Below, piece after piece: positions 22,494 to 32,212 of a DNA stretch of 32,212 bases (the first letter of the stretch is position 1; every line of letters starts with the position of its first letter). A program made the translations under genes and the position numbers. A model generated the notes under the pieces. It ran no database searches. It saw only the letters and a list, made by a program, of their open reading frames with translations, and was not told the DNA's origin. The stretch covers positions 1 to 32,212 of the forward strand of contig JAUCBJ010008613.1 of NCBI GenBank assembly GCA_032718475.1, given 5' to 3'. Source of the DNA: Nemertoderma westbladi (Eukaryota > Animalia > Xenacoelomorpha).

Positions 22494-22629
22494 AGATTAA
22501 TATTGAGCAATTATACTGTATCACAAACTCAGTACATGACCTACTATAGATACGACCCGCCAGATTAATATTGAGCAATTATACTGTATCACAAACTCAG
22601 TACATGACCTACTATAGATACGACCCGCC
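22494..22629. repeat. Exact 68-bp tandem duplication
   Basis: AGATTAATATTGAGC...TACGACCCGCC starts at 22494 and 22562. Confidence 0.92.
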
Positions 22630-25600
22630 AAGCTGCTTTTCAGATGAGACAAATAAAAATTTATTAGTTCAAGTAGTTTTCGAGATATCAGCACTTTTCG
22701 GAATTGATAAAATTACTCAAAATACATCACCCTTCAAGACTATGGTATAACCATTAAACCATATTATGCTTTTTTGGTTAGTCGAATTAATTATTAGTAA
22801 TCGAAAGCGAAATTAGAATAAAATCTCCATTGTTTATTTTATAATAGACACTAAAAGAGCACCAAAATTACAAGTAGCTCGAAATTTTCAAATAGCCAAA
22901 AGTGGTAATTTGGCCGTATAGTTTGGCCTCTGAGTTTTTAGAATGTGTTGATTTCACTGGCAAGGTTATAAAATTGTGGTATTTTCAAAAATGGCCAATG
23001 TTTCAGTTGAAAATTCTAAGTGCCAACCAGTGCACTTCTATTTCAGTACTGCAGTACTCTGGTACTGGTGCGGTAATGTAGTGAATTATTCAGTATGTGG
23101 TATTTGCATTGCACTACACTACTGCGTTAGTACGGAAGCCCAATACGGCCACCTTCGCGGACCTCTTGACAAACTTGTGAAACCATCAAAAGTGCGCCGT
23201 TGTCAAATATTCTGTCAACGGCGCGCGTTCTGCCAACGGCGCACGTCCTGCCAATGGCGCGCGTTTTGCCAACGGCGAGCCCGAGCCCTGTTGTCAGATT
23301 GTAAAATATTTTGTCAACGGCGCGCACTCTGACAACCAAGCGACCTGCTCAGCAGACATCGAAATGCCTATTCAACTACAACACGCAGTATTGGTACTGT
23401 CAACTGTAGTACTTGTCAGCTTGACAGTTGTAGGGGTATACTGTGGTAAACCAATCACCAATAACAAACTGTCAACCTGAGAAGCACTGAAGTAAACACA
23501 ATACAGCAGTACCTGTACTGCAGTACTGCAGTACAGCCTGTTGAATAGACGGGTCAGAGCCTGCGCCGTTGACAGTTCGCCCGCCGTTGACTAAAAAAAA
23601 TTGACAACGGCGTAGGGCATTGAAGAGCGCGCGCCATTGACAGAATATTTGACAATCTGACAACGGGACGGGGGTCGCTATTGACAGACATCGCGCCGTT
23701 GACAAAATATTTGACAACGACGCGCTTTTGCAGGTAACCCCTCCAGTTTGTCATGATGTCCGCGAAGGTGGCCGTAATGGGCTTCCGTAGGACATAGTAT
23801 CTGAATCTGTATGGAGGGGAGGCCGTAGCACTGTAGCAGTTATAGTTGGAAAGTGCTGTGTGTATAGATGACGCTCGCTCGGTCTACAGAGTGGCACTTA
23901 GTTCGACTAGTCAGGGCTTTTTTATGGCCTACCACTAACATTTGTACATTTCGACGGGCGATATATTCAGTAAACCCGGAGTGCCGGAGTCTGTTCCGAC
24001 TTCATTGTGCTATAAATGCCTCAAATTCCTCGGAGACCGCCAGTAAAAAGAATATACCGTCCATCGTCTATCGAAATTCATGAAGGAGAGTAACATTTGT
24101 TCTTTTATCTGATCTAGAGATGAAGCTACTGCTCGACTTGAGGTTGGAGGGTCCAGTTATTCTTTTAAGAATCATCATGCTAGGTTTATTCTTTTGCCTA
24201 AACCAGCGGGACTCCTATCTGAATCCACCAAAGACATATCGGCCCTTTCCGAGGATCTCAAGTAAGACAATATATGCGTGGCCACCTTAACAGTGTTCGC
24301 TTCTTACAGTCTTGGATTTAATAGACAAAGGTCATTGATACATAATAGATATCGGTATGCTGAGATAAATTTATAATATTACGACTTCAATATAATGAGG
24401 AACTGATATTATTTAGGGGAATTATTATTAACTATCCTGGAATGTAGTGTCGTTTCATGATTGGAGGAAGTGATACTTTATTTTACTCTACTCTACTATG
24501 TGTTTATGTGTTTGATGCGGAATTAAGAGATTCATAATTCAGTCAGGGATATTTATCCTGGGTTACCGGTACGTTTAACACTATCTGCTATCTGGCCCGG
24601 GCTATAAGGGTTATATTACTGCAGTAATTAATTGGCCCGTGGGTGGGGGGTGGGGGGTAGGGGGGTAGGAGGAGGGGGTGTTACTTTTTTAGATCTTAGC
24701 TCAAAAATTACAATTTTGCTGGTATAAGGGATTTCGAGGTAGCAGATCGCGATGAAAGTAGTTATAAATATTTCTGGTATGTGCAAACTCAATTTTGGTG
24801 CAATTTTGGTGCTCCAAAACGAAAAGTACAAGTAGCAAATATTTGAAACTGTTAAATTTTCCCTTTGGTTTGGTAATTCTGAAACTATACTGGTTTTCAA
24901 GGTCGCTAATCACGATACAACTCGTTAAAAATTATTCGTGGTAACGCAACTATCGTTTTTCGTGTTTGACTGGTGGGACGAAAAATGCAAGTAGCATAAA
25001 ATTTCAAAGGGAAAAAATCAAATTTGGTTGGATGAATAATACGATATTTACGAGTGTCATATTCGTGACCAGCATCCCAAAAAACCCCAAATGTTATAAA
25101 ATCAGGTCGATTTGGTAATGATTTTTCATTATGAAATTTGTGCTACTTGTATTTTTCGTGCCGCACATTGACACGTATCCAAAAAAGCCGTAATCAACAA
25201 GGTGCGATATTTTCAAATGTCATATTCGTGATCAGCATTTCCACTACTTGTTTTTTCGCGTTCCAGGGGCACAAATAGCAGACTAATAACTAATATAAAT
25301 AACAACATGCTTATATGTTGTTATATTACACAACTCTTCGATATGTCCCAATGAAATCAGCACATTCTAAAACCTCAGTAGCAAAACTGCATGGCCAATT
25401 TACCACGTTTTAAAAAAGTGCTACTTGCACTTTTGGTGCTCTTTTAGTATATATTGATAAAAAAATGAAAATTTTGCTTCTAATCTTACTTTCGATTACT
25501 AATAATGAATTCAACAAACCAAAAAAGCATAGTATGGTTTCATGGTTATACCAAAGTCTTTGAAGTATTTTGTGTAATTTTATCAATTCCGAAAAGTGCT

Positions 25601-25826
25601 GATATAGTATGGAACTCCACATATCTCGAAAACTACTGGAGCTATTAACTTTTTATTTGTCTCATCTGAAAGAGGATATAATTTTAGTTAGGAGGACAAG
25701 TACTTTCGACGCGCTAGACCTATTGTTTCAGGGGTTCTATCTAAGAGAAATAACTGGCCCACTAAATTTAGGGGCTTTGCAGCAGCTTGGCGGGTCGTAT
25801 CTATCTATAGTAGGTCATGCTCAGTA
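22595..25826. mobile_element. Large composite fold-back region with ~290-400-bp inverted arms (about 22595-22880 and 25418-25826)
   Basis: e.g. GATACGACCCGCCAAGCTGCT / AGCAGCTTGGCGGGTCGTATC and CAGCACTTTTCGGAATTGATAAAATTAC / GTAATTTTATCAATTCCGAAAAGTGCTG; recurring CAAGTAGC motif inside. Confidence 0.75.
23133..23787. mobile_element. TA-flanked MITE with TGTCAACGGCGCGC subterminal repeats
   Basis: TA|CGGAAGCCCAATACGGCCACCTTCGCGGAC ... GTCCGCGAAGGTGGCCGTAATGGGCTTCCG|TA; repeats inverted between the halves. Confidence 0.9.
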
Positions 25827-25999
25827 TTTAAGAAATTTAACCAAACACCAGTAAATCAGAGTGTAAAGTCTTAGGAAAGAATTAAAAACACATTTATTAA
25901 AGCGAATCTCTTGAACTAATTAAATCTATAATGGAATTGGTATGGGGAATACAGCGGTATAATTTTTAAGTAAAATTATTTAAATCCTAAACTAGAAAA

Positions 26000-26465
26000 T
26001 AATTAATTTCCTTAAAAAAGCAGGTTGAAAATGCTGTTTTTACCGTAATCAACTAATAAGATCTAAATAATATACTATAAGTACAGCTACTTCTACGTTT
26101 CTGTCAATTCACCCCCTCGCGGCAGACAGAGAAAATGTATAAGTCTATATTTGTTTAGAATTTCTAATTCAGCAATGCTCGTAGGTCCCACTTACCAAAT
26201 TTCAAATTAATCTGATGGTTGGTTCTATAATTACAGCTACTTCTACGTTTCTGTCAATTCGCCATCTAGCGGCAGACAGATGAACTACATAAGTATGTTT
26301 CTCTATAGAATTTCTAAACTTTTGATAGACTACATTACTTGTGTTCCAAGTTTGGTTCCATTTCATCAAAGATTGACTGACTTATTGGCGTTCAAATATT
26401 TCCGACGACAACGACAACGACGACGGACGGCTCACTAATTGTAGTGATATGCTAAGGCTCACCTG
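26000..26465 (+). mobile_element. Probable non-autonomous Helitron/Helentron-like element with 150-bp internal direct repeats
   Basis: Repeat units at 26076 and 26226, GACGAC/GACG microsatellite, GCTCACCTGG 3' motif; boundaries approximate. Confidence 0.45.
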
Positions 26466-26859
26466 GACTTCGTGGCTCGCCCCACAATATGGTTCCATAG
26501 TGAAAGTTTCAGGCAATAAATATTCAAGATTAAGTAGAAGTTGGCTTTCTAATCGATCGGCTGACACTTGACAGTTAAGAATAAGGTATGCTTCTACTTC
26601 GGCATACTTTGTGACTTGTGTAACAATATTTAATATTTCTCAGTAACCAATTTCCCTACTGTCTCAAAAGATTCTAGTTCTAGTGTGTGGGATTGTGCTC
26701 GTCTCGTGTTTAATGGAAAGGAAGCAATAACCTAAACGTATAACATTCGTTACATGATAGCATTATTTAATATCTATGCCTCCAGGATCTAATGAAGCAG
26801 AACTTAATTAATGATGTACTTTAGGACCATAACTGATCCAGAGGATTACACGTAAAGGG

Positions 26860-27363
26860 TAGACGGACAGTATCTTCCCGGACTTTATGTCTCCCACTTT
26901 GCTTTCCTTAAACATTGAACGGACTTCATGTTCCCATCAAAACGACGTTGTGTTCCCATTACTGTTTTAGGTAAATGCGCATTTCAATTTTGATCAGAAC
27001 AACTCCATAACACAAAACCGATTCCACTGCACTTCATGTAATGTAGTAAACAGCAGGTAATATAGGAATATTGCCCATTAAGTAAACTAATGAATTATTT
27101 TCTAAAATTAATCTAATGAATAAGATCAACCATGAATTAACATTAACCGCAATTCAGTGCGTTGTTGAGATTCATTTTTCCCATTAAACTTATTCTAGGC
27201 CAATGTTAACTTTGTTTTACGAATTTTTTTAAAAGTTTTTAAATATCTGATGTCAGCTAAACATATCAGATTTCTTGTATTTTTTTAGGAACATAACTGT
27301 CCGGGAACATACGTCCGGAAACATACTGTCCGGGAACATAACGTTCCGGAACATACGGTCCTG
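26860..27363. mobile_element. MITE-like element with GGAACATA(A)CTGTCC subterminal repeats
   Basis: Five tandem copies at ~27288-27362 and degenerate reverse-complement copies at ~26865-26957. Confidence 0.55.
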
Positions 27364-27913
27364 TTGTCCACATTAAGGCTGCAAAATGCCACATCAACTT
27401 AACCTAACTGCATAATAAAAAAAATAAATACTTAATAATGTAAATATTTCAATTGATAATATTTATTTATTACTTGGGAAAAAAAGTAGAACGAAATAGT
27501 AAAAAATTCATTGAATGAACTGAAGACTTTTACAATATTTCTCCCATTGCTAGTTAGTGCGATTCCCATTTAGTTGCAAAACTTTTTGAGAGTGCGGCAT
27601 GGATTTTTCTCAAATTACGTTCAAACCTTTTCTACTCGATCCTCTTTCAACACATAACTGCATAGTAAAAAACCACCAAAAATATTTTATTTTACCTTTT
27701 TCTCCGGAAAAAAATAAAATCAATGCAATCGTATGGGTTACACTTTTCCCTCGTTGAAAAAGTACTAACTTTTCTCCCAATAAACGGGATAACGTAAAAA
27801 AGTAAGTATGATACTATAATCCCACCTAACCAAACTTTTGCTGACTCAGATTTTCAGATATTTGTATTAATTTGTCTCATTTACATTGTTCCATAATTTG
27901 TTTAATACTGGCG

Positions 27914-29056
27914 ATGGAGAACCCAATAATAGATCCACTAGACCCCGTAGAACCCTTTGAACGGTCATATGTAGCGCTTTGGAAGATGCTGGCTACCCAC
28001 ACAACCACTCCGAAACCAAGTATGGAGACCAGGGAATCCGATGTGTTCATCGTAACTCCAGGGAAAACAGGAACCACTTGGGTGCAGCAGATTGTGCATC
28101 AGTTGAGAACGGGGGGAGACGAGGAATTCTCTGAAATAGATGCGGTTATTCCGTACGTGGAGCCCAGATGGGTCGCCAATTACCAACCCGGTTACTATGA
28201 GAAGCCATTGATGCCAAAACTATTATCCCAGAGGTATTTAAATTACAAACAACCTTTTTTCCACAGTAGTGGCGTGAAACTGGAAAAACGACGTAGTAAT
28301 ACAGTTCAATAGCGATATTCCTATGTGATAAGGGTTTTGGCACCAATGAATGACGCTTCATGAGGCTTCGGTTTAAACTCTGGATTGAGCGACGAACAGT
28401 GCAAGTTTCGCTGTTACAAAAACCACGACACTTACGAATGGGCGCCGAAAGGGTGTAGATACATCTACGTTACTCGGGACCCAATAGATACAATATATTC
28501 GTTGTTCCGTTTCGAGAGATCGATCATTGGTATGGTAGACACCGATCTCCAGACTGACTTTAGCGAGTTTGTTGACAACGCAGTGTTGCGCTACAAGGAC
28601 GCTGTGTACTTTGATTACTGGGGCAATCTGGCGTCCTGGTATCCTCATCACTCGGACCCCAATGTACTTTGGCTTCACTACGAGGATCTTCACGAGAATC
28701 TGGAGCGGTGTATAACAAAAATCGCAAATTTTCTAGACATTTCGTTATCCCAAGAATTGATGGATTTGGTTCTAGAAAGATCTTCCTTCACTTATATGAG
28801 TTCCAATATCAGAAAGTTCGACGATCGGTCCTCTCAAATTCCCTTCCATATAAACATATTGGGACGGCAACTTGAAGATATAGACTCCTTCCTAACTCCC
28901 AAAGTTCGACTCGGTGGTGGGACAGTTGGACAAGGTAAACATAATATTTCAAAATCTACTTTCGATAAATTCGAGAGCGTTTGGGACAAGGTCATAAAAC
29001 CGGTATGCGGGTTTGATAACTACAAACAGATGAGAGTCTTTGTTGGCGATAAATAA
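27914..29056 (+). CDS. Cytosolic-type PAPS-dependent sulfotransferase (copy A), interrupted by a structured insert (~28191-28364) with two in-frame stops
   Basis: 5'-PSB TPGKTGTTW, catalytic R.YKNH, 3'-PB YIYVTRDPID, LHYEDL, SSF..M, KVR.GG..G; both ORF halves share one frame; functional status unresolved. Confidence 0.8.
28185..28373 (+). other. Long RNA fold-back insert inside the sulfotransferase frame (candidate atypical intron or recoding element)
   Basis: 28206-28234 pairs ungapped with 28320-28348 (24 WC + 1 GU of 29); apical TTTTTCCA/TGGAAAAA hairpin; basal AACC..ATGA..AGC / GCTTCATG..GGTT stem. Confidence 0.7.
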
Positions 29057-29466
29057 CTGCCATTATTGATTTAGATAATGAACACTTCTTCATAGAGTAA
29101 TACTCAAATAAATTGTAATTAATTTACTAATTATTGACCGGTTATATAACGATAATAATTCATAAATTTATTATGTTCACTTGAAGAAGTAAATAAATAT
29201 GTTGCAAAAGTAAAAAAAATTGGTTTGTAGGGGCTACCCCCCCCCCCCCCCCCCCCCCAAAAAAAAATGTGTCAAATGGTGAAAAAATAAGCTGTGAATT
29301 TTTTTAAATTTAGTTGATGTCTACCCGGTGCTCAACGCCACCAAAGTTATCCCAATTACAATCGCTATCATAGTAACTGGCGATAGGGCGTTTTGCCACT
29401 AGAAACACTTCTGGTGGTCATATGAGGACGATTTATAGCTTGTTAGAAGCGCAATCATTGATTGAA

Positions 29467-30366
29467 TAAAACTGTAAAAGTTAATATTTCTGAGGTGGAT
29501 GCCATTTTTTCTCAAATTATTACCTTTACATATTTAGCGCTGGTATCCGAATGTACATCATTCTCATCATAGGTATTTTAGGTTTTTAGTGGTGCTATTC
29601 ATTTTGGTCTCCTTGGAACCACAATTTTGAACGTATGGTCTATATTTCACATTACTTCTAAGACTTCGAACTCATCGCGATGAAACAAATAGATTGCGAA
29701 GTATCTGCGAAGAATTCTCATAATTGTAGTTATTTTTAGTTGTGTTATGGATCATATAACATGAACTTATAACAATAACTGCAATGCTAGATTTAGATAC
29801 ACAATAATTTAATGTTTTAAAACCAAATCATCAGTATATATACTTGGTGGTGCATGTGACTAATTTCGGGCTCATTGGAGCAGGAATATGGTTGATTTAG
29901 ATCCATAGCACCATTAAAAAAAGCCTTCAATGAGAATGCTTTAACTATTATATCGCCCCTCGCAATGAGCACAACATGTCATATGCGCTTGTAATATGAA
30001 TGAAATACAGGCAATAACTGCAAAAGTACTGATGATTTGGTCTTAAAGCATGATTATTGTCTAACTAAATACTAAATCGAACATTACAGTAACAAGAATC
30101 CCAACATGAAAATGAAACCCATAATACCACTGAAGAAGCCTACAATGAGAATTCTTCGAAGTCTTGGCATGTAATAATGTGAAATATAGGCCATAACTAC
30201 AAAAATCTGTGGTTCCAAGGAGACCAAAATGAATAGCACCACTATAAAGCTAATATACCTATGTTGAGAATGATGTACATTCGGATAACAGCGCAAAATA
30301 TGTAAAGGTATAATAATTTAAGAAAAAATGACATCAACCTCAGAAATTTACCTTTTTACAGTTTTA
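29467..30366. mobile_element. Fold-back MITE with ~340-370-bp diverged inverted arms
   Basis: e.g. GGTGCTATTCATTTTGGTCTCCTTGGAACCACA / TGTGGTTCCAAGGAGACCAAAATGAATAGCACC; ends TAAAACTGTAAAA / TTTTACAGTTTTA. Confidence 0.88.
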
Positions 30367-30474
30367 GTTCCAATACAGTTACCAGTATACTTATCTCGAG
30401 TGGTTTATAAATAAATAGCATTGCAGAATGGAAACAATTATGTAGATGCGAGTTGATCAATTAACTACACTAAC

Positions 30475-30726
30475 CTGGAGTGGATCCGGTACGGGCATCC
30501 AATCCCGAAACAGCCGCGTCGTTCTCTAGGTAACCCGGGTTGTTCCCTAGGTAACCGGGGACGCCCCCCAATGGGCGGGCTGCGGGAGACGCGGCCGATT
30601 TAGCCTTGGGGGTGTAACCCGGGAGACCCAGTAACCCAGCGGTGTCCCATGGGTTAGTCCCGGGGTTCTCCCATGGTTTAGTGGTCGGAGACGGTTTGGG
30701 AGCGCGTTGTTGGGGAGAGTCAACGC
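30475..30726 (-). CDS. Internal exon of host gene (VDSPQQRAPKPSPTTKPWENPG...GSTP)
   Basis: GC-rich island; acceptor TTTCTTACCCCTCGACCAG|, donor CAG|GTTAGT; 252 nt, phase 1-1, open frame; absent from the ORF track. Confidence 0.85.
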
Positions 30727-31134
30727 CTGGTCGAGGGGTAAGAAATAAAATATTAGGGAGTTAATTAGTGCAATAAAAATATACCTGTTACAACAGACTC
30801 AAAAATAATTGCAAAGAAGTAAAGGATGGGTCATAAAAATTATTCAGTGAATATTTTCCCTTTTTTATTATGGGAAATTTTAGCAGGAAAAAGTGACAGG
30901 GATTTTAACCAAAGCAATAAACTAATTTTAATCATAATTTGTGTCCTTTTGAGTACATTTTTTATCTTCGTAACTATTTCCCACGTTCACTCACTCTGAG
31001 ATATAAATATATGTTTTTAGTCACAAAAATCACTTAAATTTAGATATAAGGCTCCGATATAAGACTCCGATATCTCGAAAACTAAAAAGACTATAGTTAA
31101 CTTACCGTATTTCACCCCCCAATGTACAACTAAC

Positions 31135-31263
31135 CGAAAGTATCGAGGATACTCGCCACAGCGTCTTCTAGAATAGAGTTACCAGGGCCAACGCGGGTGG
31201 CTGACTTACTCCCCGCTTTCTTCGGTGAATAACCTTTCTTTGAATCGCCGCTAGGGTGCGTCC
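31135..31263 (-). CDS. Internal exon of host gene (THPSGDSKKG...SILEDAVASILDTF)
   Basis: Acceptor TTTTTTCCTTCAG|, donor TCG|GTTAGT; 129 nt, phase 1-1, open. Confidence 0.82.
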
Positions 31264-31479
31264 CTGAAGGAAAAAACAGGAGGTAACAAATAAAGCTCGG
31301 TTCGCTTTATTTTACTATGTAATTCAAAACTTAACTACTATTAACATCTAATAGCTTCCGGCTTCCACACAGCAGTACATGTCGTGCAAAATGGTGAGAT
31401 TGCGAATAATCTTTAACTCGTGACCCACAACCCACTGAGCCTTCATACTTTATTATTAAAAGCGGGGAGTAATACTCAC

Positions 31480-31621
31480 CCGACAATGACATCATTACAG
31501 CAGCTGCTTCCAGCAACCTCTTCTTCTCGGCATCGTCCTGCATAGTAATGACGTCATCAGTAATTCTATCCAATTCTGAGCCGGAAGAAACAACTTCTTC
31601 TGACGCGAGTGCGGGAAAACT
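31480..31621 (-). CDS. Internal exon of host gene (SFPALASEE...LLEAAAVMMSLS)
   Basis: Acceptor GTTTTTCAG|, donor CGG|GTGAGT; phase 0 to 1. Confidence 0.82.
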
Positions 31622-31700
31622 CTGAAAAACATACGAGCGAGTTATTAATAATACTACAACTGAAGTAGAAGCTTGAAAATCCAATATTAAAAAGTTAATT

Positions 31701-32190
31701 GTATTTTATTTATTTACCAAGCACGATAAGTAAAAACCTTACCGGTAGGTACATAATGTCAATGCCAAATTATGGAAAAAAAACTAAAAAGCAACAAGAC
31801 CTAGACGTTGCATGCAATCAGTGATCAGATGACGGCAGCCAGCTGATCGGTAGGTTTCGCCCCCCAACTGAAGGCATTCTCAGGAAGCCAAGCCAGGAAA
31901 TGTAGAGAGAGATTCCCAAAGGGTGACGGAGCAGGTAATGAAATGAAGAGATGTCTGTAGGCCTACCGTAACTAACCACTGGGAAGCAGCACCGGCTTGC
32001 TTGGCTTCCTGAGAATGCCTTCAGTTGCGGGGCAAAACCTACCGATCAGCTGGCTGCCGTCAGCTGATCACTGATTGCATGCAACGTCTAGGTCTTGTTG
32101 CTTTTTTTAGTTTTTACATACTTTGGCAATGACATACCTACCGGTAAGGTTTTTACTTAACGTGCTTTATAAATAAATAAAATAAAATAC
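31701..32190. mobile_element. Fold-back MITE with ~195-bp inverted arms
   Basis: AGCAACAAGACCTAGACGTTGCATGCAATCAGTGATCAG... mirrored at ~31998-32190. Confidence 0.9.
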
Positions 32191-32212
32191 TACAACTACT
32201 AGGTCGAGCGAG

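Noticed and set aside
22976-23754. Cys/Arg-rich ORFs (FCQRRA repeats)
   Set aside because: Derived from MITE subterminal repeats.
24638-24680. G-rich tract (G-quadruplex potential); similar tracts near 5795, 9665 and 29237
   Set aside because: Simple low-complexity runs with no further supporting context.
28185-28373. Hammerhead ribozyme, group I/II intron or canonical SECIS as identity of the insert
   Set aside because: No CUGANGA/GAAA core in the right arrangement, too short for self-splicing introns, and the AUGA..GA spacing and location do not fit a standard 3'UTR SECIS.
30475-30740. GC-rich structured ncRNA
   Set aside because: Better explained as a minus-strand coding exon with good splice sites and an open frame.

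Overview
Eukaryotic (invertebrate-animal-like, AT-rich) genomic DNA; the taxon cannot be fixed from the sequence. A minus-strand spliced gene for a low-complexity, probably nuclear protein can be assembled from six GT-AG exons with compatible phases (31621-31480, 31263-31135, 30726-30475, 9947-9906, 8127-7880, 5751-4909; 551 aa, 5' end beyond the window). Its introns appear to host four housekeeping genes with intron-free CDSs (NOSIP, CCDC134, EIF2B2, NAT10) and an inverted pair of sulfotransferase copies. One copy is disabled by an RTE-type LINE, frameshifts and truncation. The other is frame-intact except for a ~174-190 nt fold-back insert carrying two in-frame stops, shared by both copies and lacking good splice signals; this candidate structure-dependent intron or recoding element is the most unusual thing here. 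The rest is a 3.5 kb 44/32-bp minisatellite, a 15-bp array and many MITE/fold-back elements, one enclosing a tRNA-like sequence. All calls are by eye; no searches or folding were run.
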